From assembly GCA_907165135.1 (NCBI GenBank), contig OU015566.1:2046001-2110000 (forward strand): DNA of 64,000 nt, given 5' to 3'. Below, piece after piece: positions 48,525-60,078 of the stretch (positions are counted from its first letter, which is position 1; every line of letters starts with the position of its first letter). Source of the stretch: Oikopleura dioica (taxonomy: Eukaryota > Animalia > Chordata). The notes below the pieces were generated by a model. It made no database searches. It saw only the letters and a list, made by a program, of their open reading frames with translations, and was not told where the DNA came from. The position numbers and the translations under genes are program-made.

Positions 48525-49030
48525 TTCTGTCGTCTAAAACTTGGCAAAGCGATCTTTTCGATATCTCGCCAAAATTCGCCGAAGTCCTCGAAGAAGAAAA
48601 AATCAACTCACTTTCGATGATTTCTATCTTTGAAAACGCCGAAATCGACGAGTTTCTGAAACGCCACCAGGAAAAATTAAAAAAGAAGGATTTACAAAAT
48701 ATGGTGCGACTGATCGCTCTTGCGAGAATTATTGCCTGTCAACTGACGCTGCAGAAGATTTCCGAAAAGAAGCAGAATTTGAATGGGTCGAGTTCGATTT
48801 GCAAACTTTGCCACAACGAATCAGGTTCACAAAAACCATCAATTATCAATTTCGTTAATTTCGTAGATGCGGACAATGATCATTGCGAATGCTGCACGAC
48901 TCATTATTCTCCGGTTGAACTTTCATGCATATCAAATGCAGCAGATGAACATTGCTCCTGCTGTCTTTTGAGGAACTCGTTTTTGCCAGAGGATGGGAGC
49001 TATGATTGCTACATTCAACAGGTAAAATAG
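48525..49030 (+). CDS. Hypothetical protein, possible SAM-like helical region plus Cys/His cluster
   Basis: Frame open from ~48525 (FAEVLEEEKINSLSMISIFENAEIDEFL). Motifs CKLC, HCECC and HCSCC. Start unresolved. Confidence 0.45.
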
Positions 49031-49068
49031 TTTTATTCGCTGGTTTGGCAAAGAACTGGAAAACTTGA

Positions 49069-49524
49069 TCAAATTTTTCCACTCATGAGTTTTTCAAATT
49101 CCACGACATCTTGAAAATCGTCTACATCGAAAATCGGCACCCAATTTTCTTTAGCGCTTCCATTTTTGTTTATCTCGTCGATTCGATAGTGTACCACTTG
49201 ATCAATTATTTTCCTCGCACGTAGTTTCAGTTCTTTTCGATCGAGAAGGACCAGAGCCTTTTTATGCCGGTTCATCTGATGTCTGCGTAGGTTTTCTTTC
49301 TCATAACATCTGTATTTGCAGAAATCGCACTAGAAATCTAGTTAATAATTATAATTAATAATTATTGATTCGACCGCTGAGATGGAGAAAATATGTACCT
49401 TGAAACGCTTCTCGCCAGTATGAATACGTTCGTGTCGCTTCAAAGTATAGATATTTGCTAAATGTTTTCCACAAATTTTGCAAGTTGGTTTACTCTCTTT
49501 CTCACTTATCGTTTCTTTTTTCAT
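49069..49524 (-). CDS. Two C2H2 zinc fingers plus C-terminal chromo-like domain
   Basis: [21 protein letters not shown]|[16 protein letters not shown], with GT-AG intron 49398-49330. Tail [25 protein letters not shown]. Confidence 0.85.
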
Positions 49525-50018
49525 TTTTCCGAATATTCTTCGATTGAAAGATTTTCGATTTTACGAATGATGAACAATCTGGTTTATCTAAATACAGTCA
49601 ACCGAGAAATTGGGTCGTCAAGACCGAAGTGAGTTCGTTCCCGATCGAACCATCATTTTTCTCCGATCTCATTTTTCTTTCAGGTCGACAGTTTGGAAAA
49701 CCAAACCCAAACCTGGCTTGACAATCAAGACGACCTAGACCTCATCCAGCTTCGCCGCTCAGGCCTCGCAGTACAAAAACAATTCTTCGAAAAAATAACG
49801 GCCGAAGAAATCCCACTTGGCGAAGTTTCAAAAGTTCAAAGAATCATACATTCCAAAACATCCCGCGAATTCGCAGTTACTCTCCGGCGGAAGAGAATTG
49901 AAGAAGTCAGCCTTGGGAAAAGCCCGTCATTTGAGAGTGCGGAAGATTTTTGGAAGAATTTGGAGAAAAATATCATCTTCTTTTGGTAAGAAAATAAGCT
50001 CGAAAATACACTTTATCC

Positions 50019-50131
50019 TTGGCTTGGCAACCTGTATAGAAACCTGAGTCAGGGTTCTGAAAGATAATAATATAGCCGCGTAGTCTTTCTTGACCCTGAC
50101 TCAGGCTTCAACACAGGTTACCAAGCCCCAG
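50019..50131. mobile_element. Palindromic MITE, CCTGAGTCAGG family
   Basis: ggcttggcaacctgt / acaggttaccaagcc and internal cctgagtcaggg / ccctgactcagg. Confidence 0.75.
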
Positions 50132-50454
50132 CTTCTACCAGTCAATCACCAATATCGACACAAATTTTCAGCAAACATTTCCGTAAAAAATCCATGAGAA
50201 CTGCAGTAGAGGACACTTTGGACCTCACCAATCATCTTCAAAAACAGAAATTCACACCAAAACTTTAATTCAATAAGTACCAACTTTGTTATATTATTCA
50301 ATGTCAAAAACTGTACTCACGAGCTTTACTGTACAAAACTGAATATTCAAATAAAGCTCGCAAAACTCGTATGAGCGGTATTGTAACTTTTGTATTTTGA
50401 AAAATGAAAAATTTGAAAGGAAACAAAGCGAAAGTAAGGCAAGATAAGAGCGAG

Positions 50455-52279
50455 TTAAAAATTTGTATCGACGGCGTCTTCGTCGAATTGGAGCACTTTT
50501 TCGAGAGTTGAGTTTAGCGTGTTGAAAGCAGTGGATAGGTTGAACCAGCCGCCGAAGCTTGAGTCCGGCGCATTTGGGAGGATTGGGTTGTCGGGATTGC
50601 TCCAAAGAAGCAAGTCTTCTGAGCCGATGCTTTGGATTTCTTTGACAATAGCTTTCGAAGGCTTTTGATTTTTTTTTGAATTGATTATGGAAAGAATAAT
50701 TTATTAATAAATAAAACGTGCTAACTTCAAGATTATGTTCGTAGTAGAGAATAGAACCAATGGACCTAATGCGCCTATGCTGTTTTATCGAAAAGTATCA
50801 TCGATATCAAAAATAAATAAACACTGTATATACAGTTTTTCGAAGCCCGACCTTTGAATCCACCAACAACAACCGCTACGCCAACATAACCTACTCTGAG
50901 CAGCTCATTTGCCACCGTAAACAGCGTTGAATCCGAGTCGTCTCTGCCAATGAGCACAATGTCCGGCAGATCAACCTCTAGGCCGTCTTTCTTCAATTCA
51001 GATGATAGATTCCAGTGGAATTTATCCACTGATGCTCGTAAAGAAGTCATCTCCATCAGCTCATCTTGGATACAGCAGGAAAGACGTAGGGAGCCGATCA
51101 GATGGGAGTGCTCGAAATTGGCGTCGGGGCGAATGTCTAGGACAACTCCAGCGGTAGCGTTAAGGACATCCTAGGAAATTACGATTCGTATTGACCTTCT
51201 GGTTCGGTAACCGTTGTAGGAAAACTGAGTTAACTACCTTTACAACTTGCTCCGCCGAAACCGGTAGAACCAAAAAGTCGTTGATATCTTCTTTTGGCTT
51301 CTTTCCTTTTTGAATTTCTTCGCGCATGCGCTGCAAAAAACTGGCGGGGGTCTTGCTTTGATAGAACTGCGCCAGTTGAATAAGGTCCGACAGATCGTCT
51401 GGTTGAATTTCTTTGATGTCGAGCTCGGGATTATCTCGCCGGTTCATAAGACAGACCAGTGCGGTGAATATGAGTACCAGATTGTCGGTAGACTGGAACA
51501 CTGATAAGAGGATAAAGCTCCAAGGTTAAGCTATCACAAAGTTACCTAGATCAAAGAAAGACAAGAGCGTTTCGTCTCCAAGACAATTGACGAACATATT
51601 ATCGATCCAATCGCACGCAACTTTACTGTAATCCAATTTCTTCGACTGCAGCAGTCTCGCATATTCTGGATCAAAGTACTGTACAAGCAAATCTAAGTAG
51701 CATCTGATCGTTTCTCTCTCCACTCTCGGGTGAAATTTGCTCACAGCTGCGTAGAAGCAATTGTAGACAACGTTATCTTCAAGTCCGAGAGCGAGAAAGG
51801 GCGCTAGAATCGTGGCGAATTCGGATTTTGGTGGAACGCCACGAGATTGGGAGTATTCAGCGATAATGGAGGAGGCAAGTTCGGGATTTGAAGATGATTC
51901 GCACGATTTAAGGAGGAGCTCTTTCCGAGGATAATTCAATTACAAAACTAACAGTGGTTTTTGAATGTTTTAGTAAAATAAGATCCTGTCCTTTTCTTCT
52001 TCTGAAATTCGACCTTTTCCCATGAACTCCCAAAAGCGCCGGCCAAATCTTCAGTCTCAACTCTTCTGGGAGGCAATTCGAGTCAATGATGCTCCTCAAA
52101 ATATCCCCATCATAAACTTCATCGTTGAGCGCTGATTCTAGCTCCGCCAGCCAGATCGGCTTGAGAAGCGATGATTCCGGCGAATCGTCGTCGTCTTCGA
52201 GGAATGCTTCGATTTCTGCCTCGAGGTCTAGATCTGTCGTGTATTCTCCGACCAGGTCGTCGTCCATTTCTTCGTCCAT
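50455..52279 (-). CDS. TBC1D23: TBC1 domain family member 23 (TBC plus rhodanese-like)
   Basis: WLAELESAL..ILRSII..LPEELRLKIW, YNCFYA, LLVQYFDPE, LAQFYQSKTPASF, VLDIRP..FEHSHL and VAVVVGGFKAI. First junction unresolved. Confidence 0.88.
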
Positions 52280-52558
52280 TTTCGTTCGCTGCTAGAGTTT
52301 TCGACAAACCATTCTGAGAAAGATAAAGGCGGTTTTCGGGAGGGTTTCCTTTATTTGAACATTGGTCGTCCATTTTAAATGGCCCTTTCTAAGAAATCAA
52401 TCCAGTTCTAAAAAGACGTTCTATGACTAGCTGCGCCGCATATTATGCCATAAGCATGCCCATATTTCTTTTTAATAACTTATTCTACCAAAACTATTCC
52501 GTCAAAGGTGCGTTGTTCATAATTAAATCCTTGCAGGTTGCGAGCTTTCTACTCCTTT

Positions 52559-52566
52559 TATAAAAG
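52559..52566 (+). promoter_or_regulatory. Putative TATA box
   Basis: TATAAAAG about 200 bp upstream of the ATG at 52763. Confidence 0.4.
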
Positions 52567-52762
52567 AGCAGGGTCACTCTGACGAGCAGACTCACTCATT
52601 CAATTATTTCAATTCAAGCTTGATCTGACCACCAGCGGAATAAATAAATATTCATTTTATCGGATCATTGGCAATCTTCGATACTTTTCCATTAGTGCAG
52701 TTATTGTTGCAGCTATCTCATAATTTTGACACTTTCTCAAAACTTTGCCAAAGAGAGAAGAA

Positions 52763-53321
52763 ATGAGACTTTTGAGAATTCTGCTGATTGTCTACCAGAC
52801 AATTGACGCTGAATTTACGTTCTACGATCTTTCTCGCATCAACCGAGAATGCAGAAAAACTCAGCTAGCAAGTAAATTACTTTTTGAAGATAAAAGTCGA
52901 TTAGTATTCTTATAGAAATCTTCGCGCTAGATAATCCTTATGAATTTGGCAGTCCCTTCAGACGAGTTTCAAAAACGTGCCAGGCTGTGACAAGATATGT
53001 TTCTGCTTATTACCTAGGTAGGCTGGGTATCTGTGTTTAGGGTCAGGCTTCTTGACTAAGGAGTAGGAAAACTAGTCAGGTTTTCTGTCTAACTTAGACA
53101 GTCTAAGGAACAGGAAAACAGGTCAGGTTTCCAAAAAACAGGACCATTACTCAGTTTTCTACACAGGTTCTGTCTCAAAAGACAGATCACTTGTAATGCT
53201 ATAATTTTAAGACAACACAACTTTGCCCTGGCTGAAAATCAACCCCGAAAAAGAGGCACCAACAGCCGACGAAATCGCAGAAATGATCGCCAAAGAAATG
53301 GAAAAGAATCAGAATATCTAA
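52763..53321 (+). CDS. Small secreted protein (~106 aa, 3 exons), missed by the ORF track
   Basis: MRLLRILLIVYQTIDA signal. GT-AG introns give EFTFYDLSRINRECRKTQLAKIFALDNP..KTCQAVTRYVSAYYLDNTTLPWLKINPE..NQNI*. Confidence 0.7.
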
Positions 53322-53736
53322 TAAGATTTTCGTATATGCAGCATATGATACGCTCGTTTCTCGAATATTGCCTAATTTTGCAAATGTTTTATCTTTCAAT
53401 TACCACTAATAAATGTTGTGATAAGAAAATTGTTGAAAATTGGTGGTGAATTTTATTGGTGAACATCTGTTATTGTGCGTGAAATTGGTAATTTCGTAGT
53501 ACGATATGTTTTTGTTTGATAAGGCGGCACAACAGGTAAAATATTGGCTTTGACTCGTAGATGATACAGTTACTAATGAGCAGAAGAGTTAGATGCAAAA
53601 ATTCTTTTGCAAAAGTTTTAAATTATTTCGGTTGGACAAAAAGAAAGGTTGATAAAGAGTTTATATCGTCAGCTGCTCGCTGATAGTACGAACTTTTAAC
53701 AAAAAGGAGGCTAGAAGAAGCGGGAAAGGAAAATTT

Positions 53737-55849
53737 TTAAATACGGAAGGAATGACCCTTGTGGGGATCGATGTGCTTGAGAGTTAGGTAGACGTCTGTG
53801 CCGATGCCGCTCATTGACTTTTTCGTGTTTCAAATTATTGAATATCGGATAGTATAAGGGGAGACTCTTTCAAAAAGCCCTACTTGTATAAAGTACTACT
53901 ATTTAATTAGTTTTCAAACAATTCCTTTATTTCTAGTTTGCCACCAAGATACTCTGCGTATGCCTTCGAAATCGGAAGCCCAATGCCATACCCGGCGAGT
54001 TCCTTTTCGTTACTGTTCGCCATACTCAAAAGATCTCCCACACCGCCGTATCCTTGCCTGCCGCGAGCGGTCGTGAAGTGGTATCGCCAGATTTTGTCGA
54101 TAACGTCACTCTTCATTCCTGAAAAAACGCTCAACGATGTTTTCACCAGGGTCTCCAAAAATTGGATGTGCGATGGAAGTCCGAGCGCGCTCTCGAGCGC
54201 CGGACTTCCGTGTGCTGGTCGTTGGCTCGCCCCTGGTTTTCACCCTTTTCTTTTACCTTTTCCTCTGTCCGCGATTCGAATGGTAAAATCTTCTCGATTC
54301 ACAGCAATAGTTACGTCGATTGGTGGCATTTGTCGCGCAGAGTTTGCATGAGCTTCAATCACGGCCCTAGAATTTTGAATCTAGTGACCTGTTGAGTTAT
54401 TTTTCTGTTTACCTGAAGGCGTTTTTGAAGACTTCTTGCAGAATATAATCGACTCCGATGGGGATGTATGGGAATTCCGCCTCTGTATGTCCATTCAGCT
54501 AAAAAGGGGGTTGAAAATGGGGAATAGTCGAGTGAGTACCTTTACTCGTGGCGGATTGTCGCAGTGAAACATCCACGACTCTCGGATCTTTCTAGCAATT
54601 GCTTCGATATCTTTCGCTGGCTTCCATCTACTCTCAACAATTCCGATTCTGTCGCGCTGAAAGAAATTTATTTCTGGTCTGATTTGAATAAAAGTGACAA
54701 GGCGAAAAAAGTGAGATGATAAAGAATCGTAGCTCTTAGAATTTGGGAAAAAAGATTGCGTGATAAATGACTGTAAATGACTTGTAGTAGATCTTACTTT
54801 TGGGATGAAATATTTCTAAAAAAGAGCCAAAATTTGAATGAGGTAAAGAAAAACAAACTTACCGAGTTCTGTCCAATCTGATCCTTGAGCAAAAGGTGAT
54901 GCTGGGCGAGAAGACGGATTCCAAGACGGCTGGTGAGCGTTTTGTCGAGAAACGATTGGACAAGATCGTGTGTTTTCTCCTCGTCGCCGTCGAAGATTTC
55001 GAGAATGTGGTCGTGGCAGGAGGAGAAACCCTTGAACCGCAGGTAAGGTGGGAGAACGAAACGGAAGGGTTACCTGGGTCAAGTCGTCGATAACGGATCC
55101 ATGCTCATCGAGCAGGATTTCGAGCAAATGCGTGAAATCATCGACTTTATCTTGTGTTTTCACCATTCGACCGTCGTTGAAGTTTGAGATCACCTTGAAG
55201 GAGCGAATGTATTGCTCCATCTGAACGAGTAAATGTTTGAAACAAAAAATAAAGCGTGAAAATTTTTGAGGTTCCCTTATCGTTAATATCGAGGAAGCCG
55301 CTCGCGGCTTCGAGATTCACGGGGTTAAAACCTTGGTAGGAGATGATAAGACATAATTACTTACAACTTTGAGAATATGAGGATTGGTGACGACAATAAA
55401 GGGCAGGGATCTGAAGCCTTTGATTCGGTGAGCGATGCGTACGGGAAGTTCGCTTTGGAGATATTGCGCCGATCGCTGAAGAGAAATGCCCCTTTGGGAC
55501 TTTTTACGAATTTCAAAAATTTTACGATTAGGTCGATGTTGGAGGGGATCCGTCCAGTGAACAGAAGAGCAGCCGCCTTGAGTCGAACGGAGTCCTTCTT
55601 CGCCGCGTGGTGGATGTCGTGGTCGCGGTAGTATTGAGCGGTGGTTTCGCGACGCAGCTGGGCTTTGTTCTCGTTGTAGCCGCCCAGGGGATAGACGCCG
55701 GAGGAGGAGGCCTTCGACGCTACTACATTTGTTCGTCGAGCCTGAAGATGAAAGAGGGATGAAAATTGGGAAAGAAGAAATGAGGAAGCCTTGATTGAGG
55801 CGTGAAGCATCTTTCTTACCTGTTGAGCAACGTTTTTAATGAGTGACAT
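53737..55849 (-). CDS. BCKDK: Branched-chain alpha-ketoacid dehydrogenase kinase
   Basis: [83 protein letters not shown] and GIGTDVYL. Confidence 0.95.
54147..54235. mobile_element. 89-bp hAT-type mini-element in a BCKDK intron
   Basis: CAGGG...CCCTG ends, perfect 8-bp TSD GTTTTCAC and internal hairpin ggaagtccg/cggacttcc. Confidence 0.8.
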
Positions 55850-57489
55850 CTTTTTTATTTATTTTTCGTGAGGATGGTTTTGTGAAATTCGTGAAAGTGA
55901 AGTGGAATTGTGACGGTTCTTGATTTTCTTTATTTTTTAAGTTCTCCGTTCTTTCTTCGAGTAGACTTGGGCCGCTAGTAAATTTCTTCTTGACTGTGTA
56001 ATTCGCATAGAACTGTTCGAGAGCTAAAGAGCAAGGTTAATACCAGCATTTCCAGATAGTAATGGTCCTCATCGCAACGGATCTTCTAGGTCCCGTTAAA
56101 ATGGGGACCCATTTTTGATTACTGTAAAGATGAGATTACTGTTTGAAACCTTGAAATGCCAAATAAATGAAGATAATTGAAAAAAAGTATAAAAATATGT
56201 ACAAAAAAGAAACTGAAAAATTATCCCCGTTAAAATTATTATTAAACAAAATTCTAGAGATAAAGTTTTTCTTACCGCCAAAAGGCACCTAATCTTTCCC
56301 GAAAAAGAAAAATTTGTGTTTCAAAAATCAGATATTTCTGCTTTTCAATTTTTGCTGTTTTCTCTTTTTTTCGTGGTTCGCCCGATCGATCAGAATCTAA
56401 GGGGAGCGGCGCGCGCGTGGGTGTTTTTACCTTTTTTCTTGATTTTGAATTTCTTGAATTTGAACTTCGCAATTTAGGTGAAAAGAAAATCCTGATCTTT
56501 TAGGTCTCTGGTTGAAGTAAAAGGGGAGTTGGCAGATCTGAATGAAGAAAAGATTGAAGGATTACGTAATGGCTTTTAACATGTGACCTAGCCAGGGGGA
56601 GGTCGAATGGAGTCAGACTTTGGTCTTTGGACCAGTTCTAGCTAGATCAGGTGATTAGTTTTTATCGAAACACCGGTTCTACTACCAGAAGGCCCCCCTT
56701 TGAGTGTGGGTATATCCTCATATCTATCCCTAAGCTACTCTTTTCCTTTGCTAAAATCTCAACGGTACATATATAGAAAAAATCGCAAGTATAAAAAGTC
56801 TTACCGAAAGGAACTTCCTACAGTAGGTTAGTATAAGGCCTGTTACTTTTTAAGTTTATTTAATAAACAATTTATAAAACAGTCTGCTTTTCTGCTGTTA
56901 CAGTACTAGTAGGCTTAAGCTAAAGCTTACTTTTTTATTATGTTTGTCGAAGACGAGAATTATATAATATGTCATTTATAATATAATTGTGTACATAATT
57001 ACTCTGAATATGTTTCAAATTGGGCTTGTATCAAAAGAATTTAATTAAATCAATAATGTTTTCATAATAATTTACATAACATATAATATGTTACATATTG
57101 GTATATAATATGTTATGTTTAAAATATAATTCCTCTGGTAAATTACCTCTAATTCGTTCTCAAAATACTTCTTTCTTCTTTTGTTCAACTGGGTATAAAA
57201 AGACAAATGACAGTATATATTCGGAAATAAGGCGAATTTTGAGCTATTTATTGCTCAATTGACTTGAAAAGTCTCAAAGCGGAATCATTTGAGCGATTTG
57301 TCAAGCACTTTCTTGCGTGATTTCTGCGACACACCTCGTGTCCACCAAAGCCGTTTTTGGAAGGTTCGACTTTTTTGGGAACATGGCTTTTTGTGGAGAG
57401 GAGCATTTTGTCTACACTAGAATGACACCTTTTCATTTCGACATTTTGTCATTTTTGATTGATTTTTTAGAAAGAACTTTCTTTGAATT

Positions 57490-58326
57490 CAGGGTGGGGA
57501 AAGGTCTACGGCACGGCACGGCACGGCACTGCGGCACGGACACGGCACGGCACGTGCCGTGCCGTGCCGCTCCATTCAGTGAATTTCAGTTTGGACACGG
57601 CACGGTGCCGCGGCACTGGGGTTAAGGTGAGGCGCAGCCCCGTTCGTTGATTTTTAAATTTGGGGGGCTTGACGGCCCTTCGGGCCGTTTCAGCCCCGTT
57701 CCTTGATTTTTAAATTTAAGGGGCTTGACGGCCCTTCGGGCCGTTTCAGCCCCGTTCCTTGATTTTTAAATTTAAGGGGCTTGACGGCCCTTCGGGCCGT
57801 TTCAGCCCCGTTCCTTGATTTTTAAATTTAAGGGGCTTGACGGCCCTTCGGGCCGTTTCAGCCCCGTTCCTTGATTTTTAAATTTAAGGGGCTTGACGGC
57901 CCTTCGGGCCTTTTCAGCCCCGTTCCTTGATTTTTAAATTTAAGGGGCTTGACGGCCCTTCGGGCCGTTTCAGCCCCGTTCCTTGATTTTTAAATGTAAG
58001 GGGCTTGACGGCCCTTCGGGCCGTTTCAGCCCCGTTCCTTGATTTTTAAATTTAAGGGGCTTGACGGCCCTTCATTTTTCTCGAAATTTCTCGGTCGATA
58101 CCTACGTTGCAGACTAATTTATTAAATAAAATTATATTCATTTAGTTTTGAGTGTTTTTTACGAGAAAAAAAGGAAAAAACTGTGCCGTGCCGTGCTGTG
58201 CCGTGTCCCGCCACGCGTTCTTAATTTTTTTGCCGTGCCGTGCCGTGCCGTCCCGCGGCACAGGAATTTTTGGTGTGCCGTGCCGTGCCGGTGCCGTTGA
58301 ATTTTCTTAAGACATTCCCCACCCTG
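57490..58326. mobile_element. hAT-type non-autonomous element
   Basis: TIR CAGGGTGGGGAA, perfect 8-bp TSD TTTGAATT and GGCAC/GTGCC subterminal pentamers. Confidence 0.93.
57635..58073. repeat. Tandem array of a 56-bp hairpin unit (~7.8 copies)
   Basis: gacggccc recurs at 57671, 57727, 57783, 57839, 57895, 57951, 58007 and 58063. Confidence 0.97.
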
Positions 58327-58449
58327 TTTGAATTAAATCCGGCGTGATCCGATTTTTTATTATTTGCCCTGTGATAACATTTTCGAATTTTTGAAGTATG
58401 AAAATCGAAATTTGCTAATTTTTAATCTTCTTATATCATTTTGAGATAA

Positions 58450-59438
58450 TTATTCAAGTTCTGCCGGGTCGTACAAATCATCCTCCAAAGCATCATCCCA
58501 TAGATCGCACATGTTTTCGTATTCATCGAATTTACTGACATTATCTAAAAGATAAACTCAAAGTTTACAATTGATCTTCTTCAAGAAGACGATTACGTAT
58601 AAGTTACGTATAACCCTAACACTAACCGAGCGCATCAGGGTGATGCCCTTACCCTCAGTTTGCTAAATCCGATTAAGGTGCTTACCAAGAATTTCCTCCA
58701 TAACGTCCAGATCACTATTATCATCGAGGTCTTCTTCTTGAGCTTTATCGCGAATTTCGTTACGAAGGCTCACATCATCAACCTTCGATTAACTCTTCTA
58801 GGATTTCAACTTCCAAAAAAACTTACGCATGATGATAAAAACTCATTGCCGAGGACCGAGAGTGGTGTTATTGTTCGCGGCGGATTAAGGGACTTGATGG
58901 ATTTGATTGAATCAGACTTGAACAAGTGATTATTTCCCAATCATTCCAGGGATTATTGATTACATACATAAATGAGCCGCTCTTCTAAAAGTGTTGTACC
59001 ATAGTTGGTAATCTTTAAGATGATAATTTTTCTTCTGATTGATCGGTTTATGAGTTTACATAAGAAAAAGGTAAAAGATTCTATCCTGAACCTCGTCTTG
59101 GCTTTGATTCTTTTGATATCAAAGATCTCATGGTAATAAATCATCATAAACATGATAATTTTTTCGAAGATTTGCGTCAGAAAATTACTGAAGCATTCGA
59201 TTATCAATCCGTTCTACATAAAAAAATATTCATCATTCCTGGTCTGGATTTCGTTTCTTCAAGAAATTCCATATTTTCTCTGCAATTTTCCCAACAGCCA
59301 TTCTTTTCAAAGTTTTTTTTTCTCACAAAAATGCCCTTTGAAAGAAAAATTGAAAACTTTCATGAGCTGGATGATAAATTCCATTTCGCCCGTCTTATTC
59401 TGACTCCCAAAAAGCACCTTTTCCTCGTTTGAAAACAT
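58450..59438 (-). CDS. Hypothetical multi-exon protein with acidic C-terminus
   Basis: Exons ..EEDLDDNSDLDVMEEIL| and |DNVSKFDEYENMCDLWDDALEDDLYDPAELE* are phase-compatible. 5' exons unresolved. Confidence 0.35.
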
Positions 59439-59790
59439 GATTAACGCCTTTTTTTGGAGAAGAAAACGAGCAAATTAAAGGTCAGTTGATTAAAAACATT
59501 TTTATCCGATCTTTTTTTCAGTTTTGTTTTGGAAGACAAACATCATTTTTATTGAAAGTTATGCTTATGCTCGATTACAAAATCAGAAATCAAAGCCGGC
59601 ATTCAGTTTATCTGGCAACTGTGAATACAAAAATAACAACAGTTCGATATGCTACCGTGTAAAATTGGCGCTAATACAGCAATTAAAATATGTTCAACTA
59701 GTGCGCGCGACTTGTGATCTTGCGACACTCGGGCTCACTCTAACGGATTAATTATTATGTGATTCGAAGATAACACATTAATTGCTGGAT

Positions 59791-59829
59791 TATAAATACG
59801 ACCGTCGGGGCCAACTTTGACCATCAGTT
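59791..59829 (+). promoter_or_regulatory. TATA box plus initiator
   Basis: TATAAATA at 59791 and TCAGTT at 59824, upstream of the ATG at 59878. Confidence 0.6.
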
Positions 59830-59877
59830 CCAACTTCGGAAAATAATCGGAAAGCTTCAAAAGCAGTCATAAACAAA

Positions 59878-60078
59878 ATGAATTTGCTGGTTCTCATCCA
59901 AATGCTCCTGATCAACATTTCCCTCGCCGATCTCATTGGCTTCAATCGCATGAGGAACAACATGTTCAACCACTACACGACCAGGATCAACGATGTCAAG
60001 CTCAACAAATACGATCGGGATCCGGAAAGCATGTACCGACGAAAAATACTCATGTTTCTCAAGTTTCATGAGAACTGA
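59878..60078 (+). CDS. Small secreted peptide precursor (DLIG family, paralog B)
   Basis: Intronless 66-aa ORF with signal peptide ending SLA, TATA/Inr upstream and AATAAA at ~60123. Similar to 12446-12733. Confidence 0.8.
   Translation: MNLLVLIQMLLINISLADLIGFNRMRNNMFNHYTTRINDVKLNKYDRDPESMYRRKILMFLKFHEN

Noticed and set aside
49567-50270. Plus-strand spliced gene whose acceptor is supplied by a MITE end
   Set aside because: Splice-like sites exist, but I could not build a stop-free frame from an ATG. It may be non-coding or a pseudogene.
57635-58073. CRISPR-like array of palindromic repeats
   Set aside because: The intervening sequences are identical (no unique spacers), there are no cas genes, and the array lies inside an hAT-type element in eukaryotic DNA.
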